Origin: a virus
Reading direction: 5' to 3' (one strand)
Virus record (IMG/VR): IMGVR_UViG_3300044641_002513
Coordinates: 1-64,000 of that record
Length of the DNA: 64,000 bases
Position numbers and translations under genes: made by a program
In this document: in pieces, positions 36,450-47,051 of the stretch
Layout: each line of letters opens with the position of its first letter
How positions within the stretch are numbered: position 1 is the stretch's first letter
The notes under the pieces: model-generated
Databases searched by the model: none
Told to the model about the DNA's origin: nothing
What the model saw: only the letters and a program-made list of their open reading frames with translations

Positions 36450-37961
36450 ATGGCTCAATTACTTCCATTACAAAGGTATGAAGCGAAAGATTACAATGGT
36501 CTGGTAACAGATAACCACTTCTATTCTTTATACCAACAAAAACCACAATTGATTAGTAACGTAATCAAAGAAATCTACAAAACTAATTTACAAGGTAAAC
36601 TTCGTGAATTTGTTGATAGATTTCCTGTTAAAGAAGTAGAACAAGAAAATGGTTTTTACAACTGGATGCTACAAGGACAACAAGATAAAAACTTGCCTTT
36701 AGTAGACGCTGAAACAATCAATGGTCTTACTATTTCTGCTGGAACTTTCCCTGCTAACGTAGGTGCAAACGGAGAGCGTTTCTATTTAATCTTTGACGAA
36801 CCTTTGTTTGAAGAAACAAACGTACTAAGAGGAGAAGTTGATGATTACCACTTATTAGTTAAAAAAGCTATGGATGCTGGTTCTCGTTACAAAGTAGAAG
36901 TTGAATTAGTTACAGACAATCCTAACAAAACTGTTCCTTCTGAGGAATTAGCTGTTGGAACTCGTTGGTCTAAATACTATTCATTAAGTCCTTCTACATT
37001 ATCTTATCAAGGTGCTAAACCTTACTTTACATCTCCTTGGAGAATGGAAAACCGTCCTACAACAATGAGAATGGAATATGAAGTAGCAGGTAACACTATT
37101 AATAAAGGTAAAAACGAACCATTAGAATTTGGTTTCAATTACAAAGGACAATCTGAGTCTGTATGGATTAACTACCAAGATTTAGTTGCTCATCACCAGT
37201 GTGAAGAAATGTTCGCAAGAATGTTAATGTACGGTAAGAAAAACTGGACTGCTGACCACAAATACTTGAACAAAGATGATAAAACGAAATATGCTATCGA
37301 ATCAGGTGCAGGTTTCTTTGAGCAAATTGCTCCATCTAACGTTCATTACTATAATACTTATGACCTTGACTGGCATTTAGAAATGTTGTTAGACATGGGT
37401 GTTGGTAAATTAGAGCGTGGAAAACGTACTATCCACTTGTTAACAGGTGAGTTTGGTGCTATCGAAATCTCTAAACAAATCAACGCTAAATCAGGTGCAG
37501 GTAAGTTTACAGTAATCTCTGACAAATTCTTAACTTCTAATACTAACCCAGGAAACTTAGGTGGAAAAAACACTAAAGGTTTAATGGAGCCACAATGGAA
37601 TGTTTACGAATGGTACAATGGAGTTACTATTATGGTTGAAATCGTTGATTTCTTCGATGATGATGTATACTTCCCACAACGTCACCCTGATGGTAAAGGT
37701 ATCGTAGAATCACACAGAATCCTTGCTTTAGATTATGGAGATAATGCAGGTATCTACCGTATTAAACCAAAAGGAGTTCCTGATTACAATTGGGCTTATA
37801 TCCCAGGTATGAGAGACCCATTCTCTCCAGCAGGAAAAGGTTCACCTAAAATGGTAGCTTCACCAGTTGACGGTTACTCTGTACATTTCCAGAAATGGGG
37901 TGGTATGATGATCGAAGACCCAACTAAAGTTGTAGACTTACGCTTAGTAGTTGAAAGATGA
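36450..37961 (+). CDS. Major capsid protein (crAss-like)
   Basis: 503 aa, strong codon bias, position, followed by a terminator. Confidence 0.88.
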   Translation: MAQLLPLQRYEAKDYNGLVTDNHFYSLYQQKPQLISNVIKEIYKTNLQGKLREFVDRFPVKEVEQENGFYNWMLQGQQDKNLPLVDAETINGLTISAGTFPANVGANGERFYLIFDEPLFEETNVLRGEVDDYHLLVKKAMDAGSRYKVEVELVTDNPNKTVPSEELAVGTRWSKYYSLSPSTLSYQGAKPYFTSPWRMENRPTTMRMEYEVAGNTINKGKNEPLEFGFNYKGQSESVWINYQDLVAHHQCEEMFARMLMYGKKNWTADHKYLNKDDKTKYAIESGAGFFEQIAPSNVHYYNTYDLDWHLEMLLDMGVGKLERGKRTIHLLTGEFGAIEISKQINAKSGAGKFTVISDKFLTSNTNPGNLGGKNTKGLMEPQWNVYEWYNGVTIMVEIVDFFDDDVYFPQRHPDGKGIVESHRILALDYGDNAGIYRIKPKGVPDYNWAYIPGMRDPFSPAGKGSPKMVASPVDGYSVHFQKWGGMMIEDPTKVVDLRLVVER

Positions 37962-37975
37962 TAAAATTTTAAACG

Positions 37976-38008
37976 AGTTCTCCTCCCTAAAAAGAGGAGG
38001 ACTTTTTT
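37976..38008 (+). terminator. Intrinsic terminator after MCP
   Basis: AGTTCTCCTC/GAGGAGGACT stem followed by a T run. Confidence 0.75.
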
Positions 38009-38048
38009 AAAACGGAGAATTTAATATAATAATTTAAGACAGCAAAAA

Positions 38049-38987
38049 ATGGAAACAGCAGAAAAACAAAAAACTGTTTACGGTACTTTTCTACAAAATA
38101 GATTAGTTTCTGTAAAAGCAGTAGAGTCTTCAGGCAAATGGAGCACGTTATTAGTAAAAGGTCAAGAAAAACAAAAAGACCCTTTTATGTATAACAAAGT
38201 AAAACGAAGCTATCAAGTACCACTTAATAGCGAATTAAAAGGAGGAGGAGTAAAAGTTATTTTGGACGACCAAAAGAGAGTCAAAATCCAAAAGTATATG
38301 GAATCATTTCCTAACGGAATGACCCAAAAAGAGTTCTTTGAAAAAGAGTTAGGAGTAGACTTAAACCCTACATCAGAAGCAGATAAAAACTTCTGGAGAA
38401 GTGATCGTAGAGGTAGAGTAGTTATTACTAAAGAAGGGATGACATTAAACTTGAATCAATCTTTAGATATGTTAAAGTATCTAATACTGATTTCTAATAG
38501 AATGCTTATCGCTCCATCTTACGATGAGAGAACCTTAAAAGCTACTTACGAGTTTATGATTGTAGATGAAAGTAAAGTTACATCTCAAAAACTTGAAGAA
38601 GCTAACGTAAAATCTCAAGCTTATATTAAGTTTGCTGAAGTTACAAACAGTCGTTCTTCTATCATAGGATTTATTAAATCACTAGGTAGAACTATTCCTG
38701 CTACTGCTACTGATGAATGGCTAAAAGGAGAAGTATTAAATGTTGTTGATAACAGCCCTAAATATTTCTTAGAAGTAGTTGACCATCCGCAGTATAACGA
38801 GCGTATCTTTGTACAAGAAGCTATTGAAGCTGGTGCAATAATTCGTAAAGGAGAAAAAAGATATGTTTTAGATAACGGTGCTGAATTAGGAGACTTAAAT
38901 GATACTATCAATTATCTTTTAAATCCTGATAACCAAGAATCTAAAATGAGAATAAAAGGAAAAATTGAACTATTAAAACGTAAATAA
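38049..38987 (+). CDS. Conserved crAss-like capsid-module protein
   Basis: Follows MCP, as in the crAss-like gene order. Confidence 0.65.
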   Translation: METAEKQKTVYGTFLQNRLVSVKAVESSGKWSTLLVKGQEKQKDPFMYNKVKRSYQVPLNSELKGGGVKVILDDQKRVKIQKYMESFPNGMTQKEFFEKELGVDLNPTSEADKNFWRSDRRGRVVITKEGMTLNLNQSLDMLKYLILISNRMLIAPSYDERTLKATYEFMIVDESKVTSQKLEEANVKSQAYIKFAEVTNSRSSIIGFIKSLGRTIPATATDEWLKGEVLNVVDNSPKYFLEVVDHPQYNERIFVQEAIEAGAIIRKGEKRYVLDNGAELGDLNDTINYLLNPDNQESKMRIKGKIELLKRK

Positions 38988-39751
38988 TGACGGCTAACGA
39001 AATGGCTAATTTGCTAGATGAGAAAGTAGATAGAGTATCTAGTTTTGGTTCCCCTGGGTACGAAGACTTTGACTACACTTCTGTATTATCTGAAGCACAA
39101 CAGCTATACGTTAAAAAGTTTTTTGATGAAGTAAACAATAGAAAAGGCAAAGGCTTTGAAGAAATTGAAATAAGAAACCAAGGATTAGCTGCTCTAGTAA
39201 AGGACGGTAACAACCTAACGGCTTCTGCTTCTCAAACAGGAATTATTACGAATAATTATGTTATAGGAAAGTTCTTTGATTTACCGCTTGACCACATGTA
39301 TACTATATACGAAGAGTGTACTATAGATAAAAAGATATGTGGAACAGAGGAATTTATTATTGGGTACATAGTAACAATTGCTCACAATGAAATGCAAAGG
39401 TTTAACTGGAGCAAATATAAAAAACCGTTTTACAACATTACGGGAGATTGTAGAGTTTGGCGTTCTGAGTTTTCAAGAAGCACTTCTGGTATTTTACCTA
39501 GTGCTGCTGCAACTGCTAAACGTCACGAATTGTTTACTGATAAAACTTTTAATATAACTAACTATCATATTAGATATGTTAAAAACCCATTAGACATAGT
39601 AGTTAATAGAACTACTGTTGCTAATCAAAGAAACTGTGAATTAGATACTTCAACTCACGTAGTTATAGTAGATATTGCAGCAGACTTGTTACTACAAAGA
39701 GTTAAAGAACAAAAAGTTCCTTTAATAGAAGGATTTAAAGATTTAGAATAA
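38987..39751 (+). CDS. Head-tail ring/adaptor protein
   Basis: L.EAQ..YVK, Y.IRYVKNP..I, CEL...H..IV.IA pattern. Confidence 0.7.
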   Translation: MTANEMANLLDEKVDRVSSFGSPGYEDFDYTSVLSEAQQLYVKKFFDEVNNRKGKGFEEIEIRNQGLAALVKDGNNLTASASQTGIITNNYVIGKFFDLPLDHMYTIYEECTIDKKICGTEEFIIGYIVTIAHNEMQRFNWSKYKKPFYNITGDCRVWRSEFSRSTSGILPSAAATAKRHELFTDKTFNITNYHIRYVKNPLDIVVNRTTVANQRNCELDTSTHVVIVDIAADLLLQRVKEQKVPLIEGFKDLE

Positions 39752-39782
39752 TAAAAGATTAATAATTTAAAAACAAAATAAA

Positions 39783-41078
39783 ATGTTAAGAAAAGCAAAC
39801 AATGTGTTTAGCGTAGTGCTAAACGACGTAGATGTAGCTACTACAGCATTACCGTCTGTAGGTACAGTTATTACAAACGCTAACTTACCTGCTGGTGCAG
39901 TCGTACTATGTGACTTAGGTTTACGTAGAATGTCTAACACTGAATATGCAGCGTTAGCAAATGGTGACCAATACTTTGTAGTACAAGGTAAAGGAGCTAC
40001 TGAGCCATTAATGAAATCTCCAGTTATTACTAAAGGAACTGCTAAGTTTACTATTGCTAAACACAAACCTGCTGTTCAGCAAGTTACAACTGTTGGTTAT
40101 AATGGTACAACTGGTGCTCTTCCTGTAGCTAGCAACTCTGATTTCTTTATTAAAGTTCGTAAGCACGATAACGATGCAGCTAACCGTTCTCAACCTATGA
40201 GTTTATTTGCTGGTCCAGTTCGTACTGATGCTTCAGGTACTCAAGAAGAATTGGCTTTTGCATTAGTTGCAAATGGTTTAAAAAACTTTGCACAAGAGCC
40301 TGCTAATGGTTACTTGAAATTTGAAGCATTAGTTGCTGGAACTCAAGCTGACTGGGTAGGAACTGCAACACACTTATCTTTTACTAAAGGTTCAAGAGTA
40401 GCTTTGTTTACTGATAGTGCAGGTGCAGCTTCTACAGCTACAGCTCCAACTGTAGGTGGTATCTTACGTTCATTAGGAGTAGCTTATAAAATTACAGCTT
40501 CTTCTACTACGTCTGTTACATTAAACTATGCTTACCAAGGTGATACAGGTTTAGTAGCAGGTGGTACTACAGCAGCTTCTCAAGTAGGTATTGTAGGAAC
40601 TCCAGGTGACTACGGTGTACGTTTGACAGGTGTTGCTGCTCCATTTAATGTTAACACATTTAGAGATTACTACGCTAACCGTTTCAATGTAACTTTCTCA
40701 GATACGTCTACTTTAGTTACTTTGCTTACAGGTGCTCGTAATGGTAATGGTGTATGGCAACAAGTTGCTATGGACGAATATATGAACTACGGTTTTGAAG
40801 GAGAAAATAACCAATTGGCTACTCCTTCTGTACCTCGTGACCAAGTTGTTAAAATCCCAGGAGTAAACAGCAACACTGCTGCTACTTCTAAATACTCTGC
40901 TCTTAACATTGCTTGGGAAGAGAATATTGGCGGATTAGTTTCAGCTTCAACTGCAAGAGGTAACGTAGTAGTATATCTTAATTTAGATTCTTCAGGAGAC
41001 TTAGACACAGCTACATCTAACAATGGTGAAGCATTTGTAGTAGCTTTAGGTCTTACTGCGGCAGATTTTGACGAGTAA
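39783..41078 (+). CDS. Abundant virion protein, probable auxiliary capsid protein
   Basis: Ala/Thr/Gly-rich, MCP-like codon bias, followed by a terminator. Confidence 0.65.
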   Translation: MLRKANNVFSVVLNDVDVATTALPSVGTVITNANLPAGAVVLCDLGLRRMSNTEYAALANGDQYFVVQGKGATEPLMKSPVITKGTAKFTIAKHKPAVQQVTTVGYNGTTGALPVASNSDFFIKVRKHDNDAANRSQPMSLFAGPVRTDASGTQEELAFALVANGLKNFAQEPANGYLKFEALVAGTQADWVGTATHLSFTKGSRVALFTDSAGAASTATAPTVGGILRSLGVAYKITASSTTSVTLNYAYQGDTGLVAGGTTAASQVGIVGTPGDYGVRLTGVAAPFNVNTFRDYYANRFNVTFSDTSTLVTLLTGARNGNGVWQQVAMDEYMNYGFEGENNQLATPSVPRDQVVKIPGVNSNTAATSKYSALNIAWEENIGGLVSASTARGNVVVYLNLDSSGDLDTATSNNGEAFVVALGLTAADFDE

Positions 41079-41092
41079 ATTCTCCAACCCCC

Positions 41093-41147
41093 AGTAGTCC
41101 CACCACAGAAATTTTGCTGTCTATGTGGTGGGTACTACTATTTTTTT
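41093..41147 (+). terminator. Intrinsic terminator with a large loop
   Basis: AGTAGT-CCCACCACA...TGTGGTGGG-TACTACT followed by T7. Confidence 0.8.
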
Positions 41148-41174
41148 GTTTACTTTTGAATATATAAAATTGTT

Positions 41175-42017
41175 ATGGCTCTACTCCCTAAAATTTCTAG
41201 TAGTTTATCAGGTAAATGCAACTTAATTTCTTTTACAGAGCAAACTAATCCCTATGTAATAACTACTAACACAGGAGGCTGGGGTTCGCCTAACATAGAT
41301 ACAGACGAAGTACAATACGCAAGCGTAGCGTTCTATAACTTAGAACAGACTCCTGCAATACTAGCATCAGGAAACGGAACCATTGTTGGTAACGTTTTTA
41401 CAGATGTTATACATTTAACAGGAACTTTTGCTATTGGTCAAGCACTAATAGCTCCAGGAATAGCTCCTGGTACAGTAATCACAGCATTTCTTACAGGTAA
41501 TGGTACTAATAACGGAGGTACTTATCAAGTTAATATAGCTCAACCTATTTCTTTAACTGTTATTAACGGAGTTTCTTTAGTTTCTCAATACATACTTAAA
41601 GACACTACTACAGGTCTAGACTTATATGCAAATGCAGTCTCTGCTCCTACACCTGGGAGTTTTCCTATTTTAACTGAAGCTACTTGGTCTAACCCTGATG
41701 GAATTTACCAATTAGTTTACATTGTTATAGGACCAGAAGACGAAGTATATACTAATGAAACTCAACACGTACTGTTCTTATGCAATTTATGTAATTGTAA
41801 AGATGCTTTAGTACTAAAACTAATTAATGCTTGTAACACGCCAACAGTAGCCAAGTTAAAAGAGCAAGTTGACCAAATGGAAATATTTATCTATGGAATC
41901 AAAACTGCTTTTGCTTGTGCCGACTTTGATACTGCTGATAACATACTAAACGCTGCTTCAACTTATTGTGAAACCATTGTAGGTTGTGCAAGTTGTGGGT
42001 GTTCAGGTAATTGCTAA
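41175..42017 (+). CDS. Tail-associated structural protein
   Basis: GGWGSPN and DGIY motifs, Cys-rich C-terminus. Confidence 0.6.
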   Translation: MALLPKISSSLSGKCNLISFTEQTNPYVITTNTGGWGSPNIDTDEVQYASVAFYNLEQTPAILASGNGTIVGNVFTDVIHLTGTFAIGQALIAPGIAPGTVITAFLTGNGTNNGGTYQVNIAQPISLTVINGVSLVSQYILKDTTTGLDLYANAVSAPTPGSFPILTEATWSNPDGIYQLVYIVIGPEDEVYTNETQHVLFLCNLCNCKDALVLKLINACNTPTVAKLKEQVDQMEIFIYGIKTAFACADFDTADNILNAASTYCETIVGCASCGCSGNC

Positions 42018-42039
42018 TAAATAAATAATACAACTAACT

Positions 42040-42558
42040 ATGTGTACTTGTAATAAATGCAATGAAATAACTTTGTTTAAAGGAACAAACGGAGTAGGAG
42101 TAAGCTCAACAGTAGACAATGAGGACGGTACTTTTACTATCTATTATACTGATGGCTCTAGTTTTACTAGTGAAGATTTAACGGGCCCAACAGGTGCAAC
42201 TGGATCTACTGGAGCTACAGGTGCAGCAGGTACTAATGGTACAAACGCTTTTAAGTTTGTTAAAGATTTTACTTCTAATTTAGATGGGGGTACTTGTACT
42301 ATTTCTCGTGCAGATTTAACTACTTGTTCTGCTGTTCCTAATGGTTGTTTATTTGGAAGTGTTGCCGCAGGTTTTACTAATTTACAAGTACAAGTATGGT
42401 TAAGAAATAACAGTCCTTCTCCTTCAGGAAATTGGTCTTTAGCTTTACACGGAGATACTTTAACATCTATTGTTATAGATAATTCTACAGGTTTAATTAC
42501 TGTAACATTAGGAGGAGGTTCTACTAATGTATTAGTAAGAGTTGTTGTCATAGCTTAA
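42040..42558 (+). CDS. Fibre protein with a short collagen-like repeat
   Basis: GPTGATGSTGATGAAGTNG. Confidence 0.7.
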   Translation: MCTCNKCNEITLFKGTNGVGVSSTVDNEDGTFTIYYTDGSSFTSEDLTGPTGATGSTGATGAAGTNGTNAFKFVKDFTSNLDGGTCTISRADLTTCSAVPNGCLFGSVAAGFTNLQVQVWLRNNSPSPSGNWSLALHGDTLTSIVIDNSTGLITVTLGGGSTNVLVRVVVIA

Positions 42559-42568
42559 CAATAAAAAA

Positions 42569-43117
42569 ATGTCTACTGAAAGTTGTCAATGTATTAGAAT
42601 CGTTTACACTCCAACATCAACAGGTGTTGAAATTACAACTGAACTAAGTGTTACAGGAATACTTAATAGTAGAAATTATTATGATTTTTTGTTAGCAGAA
42701 GAAATAAGTAATTTATATTATTCTATTTATTGGGACGAAGAAACGTGGATATTTAGGGATGAAAATGCTGTTATAGATTCTTTTACTACATTAACAAATT
42801 GTCCATTTGCAGAATTAGGAGAAGTAGGAATTTTTGATAAATTTTCAATTTTACCTTGCGTTGTAGTTACTACAGAAGAAGTACAATGTTATAAATTAGA
42901 AGTTTGGAATAAACAGTGTGAATATTCTAAATGTGTACTAGAGTACGTTAATAATCTAATTTTTGGAATAGACGTATGTAAACTTGAAGAGTCTTTAAAA
43001 GAACAAAGAAGAGTATTAGAAATATTAAATTGTTACGACCCTAGAGATATACCTAACAATACTGTTATTTATAACACTATTCCATACGGAACAATAAAAA
43101 AACTATTATACAAATAA
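42569..43117 (+). CDS. Putative structural protein
   Basis: ORF in the tail module. Confidence 0.55.
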   Translation: MSTESCQCIRIVYTPTSTGVEITTELSVTGILNSRNYYDFLLAEEISNLYYSIYWDEETWIFRDENAVIDSFTTLTNCPFAELGEVGIFDKFSILPCVVVTTEEVQCYKLEVWNKQCEYSKCVLEYVNNLIFGIDVCKLEESLKEQRRVLEILNCYDPRDIPNNTVIYNTIPYGTIKKLLYK

Positions 43118-43132
43118 TTAAAAAAATACAAC

Positions 43133-43552
43133 ATGTCACAAAGAGAAGTCTCTATCACAGGAAACAATAATACTAAAGTAAAAGTAACAGGGCAGGAAGA
43201 ACTGTTAGTAAGAGTTAATTCTGTCGATTTAACAGCTACAGGTTTAGCTAAAGAAAGTACTTTACAAACTGTAAACACTTCTTTAAATAATATAGAATCT
43301 GCTTTAACAGGTACATTTATTGCTGGAGCTATATTAGGTAGAACTTTAACATTTCCTTACAACCTTCCTGCTAATAAATACACAGGAGTTACATTAATAG
43401 TGCCTACAGGTCAAACTATTGATTTTGCAGGAGCTACTTTACCAAGTGGTACTTATAACTTTTCAGGAGAAGGAAACAAAACTTGTAATACATTTACTTT
43501 ATCTAATCCTTCTGCTACTCCTTCAGATATTATATTGTTAACTGTAGAATAA
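43133..43552 (+). CDS. Putative structural protein
   Basis: LAKESTL motif, Thr-rich. Confidence 0.55.
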   Translation: MSQREVSITGNNNTKVKVTGQEELLVRVNSVDLTATGLAKESTLQTVNTSLNNIESALTGTFIAGAILGRTLTFPYNLPANKYTGVTLIVPTGQTIDFAGATLPSGTYNFSGEGNKTCNTFTLSNPSATPSDIILLTVE

Positions 43553-44499
43553 TGAAAATATTTGCTTTTCTAACGACTGCTGGCGGTGGCGGTGGCACAG
43601 AAATAACTGTAGTAGACAATTATGCTGCTTTATTAGCTTACCCTCCAACGGCAGATACTTTTTATTGGTGTCAAAATTCTCAAGGTACAGCTTGGTTACC
43701 TGGCTCTTTAGGGGGTACTTTTTACCCTAAAGGAATATACTATTGTTTTACCACAAGTCCTTTAGTAATACAATTTATAGAAACACCTTATCAAGCTACT
43801 CAAGCAGATGTTGATGCAGGAACAATTACTGACCAATTTGTATCTCCTAAAACACTTACTGATAGTGCTCAATTATCTGGTAAAGTTCCATACACTGGTG
43901 CTACAGCTGATGTTAACTTAGGCACGTTTCATTTAGATGCTGGTAAAGGTACATTCACTCACAATGGTAGCACAGACACTCTTACAGCTAATCACACAAG
44001 CGGTAGTGGAATAGGTTTGTTAATTACTAAAGGTGGAAACAATGAAGGGCTGAAAGTTAATAAGACATCAGGTAGTGGTAATGCTGCAACAATTATTGGT
44101 ACATTAGAGGCTACTACATTGGTAAAGACTGGTGGAACGTCTAGTCAATTCTTAATGGCTGATGGCTCAGTAAGTACATCTATGATTCCTAGAGTTCAAA
44201 CAGTTGCGTCTAATGCTACAGTTACAGCTACAAGTACAAATGACTTAGTAACTATTACAGCGCAAGCGGTTGGTTTAACGTTAGCAAATCCAACTGGCAC
44301 ATTTACAGAAGGTCAATCTTTAATATTTAGAATCAAAGACAACGGAACTGCAAGAACAATTGGTTACGGTGCTAATTTTAGAGCAATTGGAGTAGTTGCA
44401 CCAACAACAACAGTTGCAAGTAAAACAACTTATATTGGTTGTATTTATAATTCAACAGATACAAAATTTGATATAATTGGAGTATGTACAGAAGCCTAA
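43552..44499 (+). CDS. Tail fibre protein
   Basis: VPYTGATADVNLG, GGTSSQFLMADGS, IKDNGTAR fibre modules. Confidence 0.75.
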   Translation: MKIFAFLTTAGGGGGTEITVVDNYAALLAYPPTADTFYWCQNSQGTAWLPGSLGGTFYPKGIYYCFTTSPLVIQFIETPYQATQADVDAGTITDQFVSPKTLTDSAQLSGKVPYTGATADVNLGTFHLDAGKGTFTHNGSTDTLTANHTSGSGIGLLITKGGNNEGLKVNKTSGSGNAATIIGTLEATTLVKTGGTSSQFLMADGSVSTSMIPRVQTVASNATVTATSTNDLVTITAQAVGLTLANPTGTFTEGQSLIFRIKDNGTARTIGYGANFRAIGVVAPTTTVASKTTYIGCIYNSTDTKFDIIGVCTEA

Positions 44500-45890
44500 T
44501 TTCTTTAATGCCAAAAATACAGTTTCAGTTTTTGATTGATTCATTTCCAAGTATTACGATGGGTTTCGATTTCAGAAAGTTAAGGAGTGCTTATAGTGGC
44601 AATGCTATAAGAGTACTTAGAACATCCGACAATACAGAACAAGATTTTGGCTTTGTATCAAATGAAGTTGTTGGGAGTGATATTGTTGATTTTGTTGGAT
44701 GGAATCTTTTAGCTTATTCTGAAGATATAAGTCAGACTACTTATCAGAAAGTTAATTTAGTAGCTACTGGTACACCTCCTTATATAGATGTTGAAACAGC
44801 CCCAAATGGGACATTAACTGCTGATAAATTAATTGAAAACACTTCATTCACAAACCATTTTTTAACACAAACGTTAGGTATTACAGTTGTTGGTTTAGAT
44901 TATAATTTTTCTGTTTATCTAAAAGCTGGTGAAAGAACTAAAACTGATATACAAGCTGGTGGTGTGGGACAAGCAAGAATAAATCTATTGACTGGTGCAA
45001 TTGAAACATCTACATTTCCTATTACTCCAATTGTTACTGATGCTGGTAACGGATGGTGGAGATTTTCTGTTACTTTTAATGCTAATTCAACACTTATAAA
45101 TCCATTATATAGAATTTTCACTGTAAACAACTTAAACCAATCTTCTTATGTAGGTGATGGGGTTAGCGGTGTATATGTTTGGGGCTTTCAATTAACACAG
45201 AGTTCGACTTTATTAGCCTATGATAAAACAGGGGCAACAGCGAGGGGATATGGTTCGATTTCTAAAAGATATGACCAAGCAACTGGAGGAGATGATGTTA
45301 TAAATGCAACAATAATTCGACAACCTATAATTGTAAATGGTGGAAATATAATCACAGATGGTGGTAAATTAGCTTTGCAAGGTGGTGCAACATTAGGTTT
45401 ACGCAGTACTAACACACTTTCTTTAAGCGCATACAGCGATTTATTAATGACTTTCGGATTGAATGTCACCAATGTCACGACTCAACAATACTTATTTGAA
45501 AGTTCTACAGCTTATACATCTAATAATGGTGCTTTAGGAATTTTTATACAAGGAAACATATTGTATGTAACTCAAAGAATAAGTAGTACAATATCTTCAA
45601 GAAAAACATACCCAATAAGTACAGGTAGGCAACTGATAACTATAAGATTTAGAACTGGACAAGTAGCTTCGGATGCTTCTCAAGTTTGGATAAATGGAAT
45701 AGAAATAAGTGGAACTGTAACTCTCAATAATAATTCAACAACTTTAAGTAATCAGGTTATATATCTTTTTGCTAGAGGAGGAAATTCAATTGGATTCTTA
45801 GGAAAATATCAAAATTTTACAATGTTTACAGATTCAACACAAAGAGCAGGAATTGAAAACAACATAAACAACTATTATGGCTATTATTAG
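44484..45890 (+). CDS. Putative receptor-binding protein (lectin-like beta domains)
   Basis: RKLRSAYSG.AIRV.R, NLL.YSED, GNGWWR, YVWG.QL, IE.NIN.YY. Confidence 0.7.
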   Translation: MYRSLISLMPKIQFQFLIDSFPSITMGFDFRKLRSAYSGNAIRVLRTSDNTEQDFGFVSNEVVGSDIVDFVGWNLLAYSEDISQTTYQKVNLVATGTPPYIDVETAPNGTLTADKLIENTSFTNHFLTQTLGITVVGLDYNFSVYLKAGERTKTDIQAGGVGQARINLLTGAIETSTFPITPIVTDAGNGWWRFSVTFNANSTLINPLYRIFTVNNLNQSSYVGDGVSGVYVWGFQLTQSSTLLAYDKTGATARGYGSISKRYDQATGGDDVINATIIRQPIIVNGGNIITDGGKLALQGGATLGLRSTNTLSLSAYSDLLMTFGLNVTNVTTQQYLFESSTAYTSNNGALGIFIQGNILYVTQRISSTISSRKTYPISTGRQLITIRFRTGQVASDASQVWINGIEISGTVTLNNNSTTLSNQVIYLFARGGNSIGFLGKYQNFTMFTDSTQRAGIENNINNYYGYY

Positions 45891-46113
45891 AAAAGAGTTT
45901 GACACTACTGAACAAGCTCAAACATTCATTGATGCTATTAACTTACAATTAGGTATTCCAAGTAGTGAAAACTCAGTTACTCAATCTTATACTGATTGCG
46001 TTGAAGAAGATGGAAAGTTTTATGTCGAATATGATAATGAAATTATTATTTTTGATGAAAGTATAAGAGATATATTAGGAGGATTAACTAACTTTGAAAT
46101 AAATGAAAACTAG
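45877..46113 (+). CDS. Small acidic protein, possible fibre chaperone
   Basis: Follows the receptor-binding gene. Confidence 0.5.
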   Translation: MAIIRKEFDTTEQAQTFIDAINLQLGIPSSENSVTQSYTDCVEEDGKFYVEYDNEIIIFDESIRDILGGLTNFEINEN

Positions 46114-46591
46114 ACTGTTAATAATATTACTATTGCTATCATCTTGTTCTTTAGAACGTAGATTAGAGAAGTATTGTCCTTTGTGTGTTCAGGAAACTAA
46201 AATAGAAACAATTATTGAGTATAGAGATACTACTATTGAGATACCTGGTGAAACAGTTACTATAGTAGACTCATTGTATTGCGATAGCTTAGGCAACGTT
46301 GTGTCTAGGTTTGGGGATATATTAAAAGATAAGAACGGAAAGATATTAAGTCTAGAAACAAGATTAAGAAACAACGTTTACTATTCGAGAGCTAAGGTAG
46401 ATACTGTTTACAGAACGATAAAAGGTAATACTATTATAAAAGATAAAGTAGTATATAAAAAAGGAAGAGAGATTAAAGTAAAATATATACCTTCTTGGGT
46501 TGTATTTTTTGCTTATTTAGGAGGAATATCATTAATAATTATACTTATATATTTAACTTTTAAAATAATCAAAAAATACCTTAAACCATGA
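46103..46591 (+). CDS. Probable unimolecular spanin
   Basis: Lipobox LSSC at the N-terminus, beta-rich middle, C-terminal TM helix, next to holin. Confidence 0.72.
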   Translation: MKTRLLIILLLLSSCSLERRLEKYCPLCVQETKIETIIEYRDTTIEIPGETVTIVDSLYCDSLGNVVSRFGDILKDKNGKILSLETRLRNNVYYSRAKVDTVYRTIKGNTIIKDKVVYKKGREIKVKYIPSWVVFFAYLGGISLIIILIYLTFKIIKKYLKP

Positions 46592-47049
46592 AACAGGAAG
46601 TCGTCAACATTTTAATAGGATTAAAAACATCAATAATTAAATACTTAATATTAGGAATAACTTTACTTGCTCCTATTAAAGTGTTTATAGTATTAGTAGG
46701 GTTATTTATATTCTTAGATACTTGTTTTGGGGTGTGGGCGGCTAAACAACAAAAACAACCTTTAAAAAGTAATAAATTAGCTAGGTTTATTTCTAAATTA
46801 TTTGTTTATAATACAGTAGTAATTACTGCTTATGTACTAGACATTAATTTATTAGGAGAGTTCTTTTTATTATTTTTATCTATACCTTTAGCTATTACTA
46901 AAATTACTGTTATTGCTTTAGTAGTTAACGAAGTATATTCAATAGATGAGAAAGTAGTTAACGTAAAAGGTTACGGTTTATGGGCTATGTTTAAACGTTT
47001 ACTAGGTGTAGCAAAGTTTATTAAAAAACAAAAAGACGAAATATTATAA
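46588..47049 (+). CDS. Holin
   Basis: Multiple TM helices, D...G...A and E..SI.E motifs of holin_4_1-like proteins. Confidence 0.8.
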   Translation: MKQEVVNILIGLKTSIIKYLILGITLLAPIKVFIVLVGLFIFLDTCFGVWAAKQQKQPLKSNKLARFISKLFVYNTVVITAYVLDINLLGEFFLLFLSIPLAITKITVIALVVNEVYSIDEKVVNVKGYGLWAMFKRLLGVAKFIKKQKDEIL

Positions 47050-47051
47050 TT

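Noticed and set aside
43552-46113. Diversity-generating retroelement or invertible tail-fibre cassette
   Set aside because: No reverse transcriptase, recombinase or template/variable repeat pair was seen in this window
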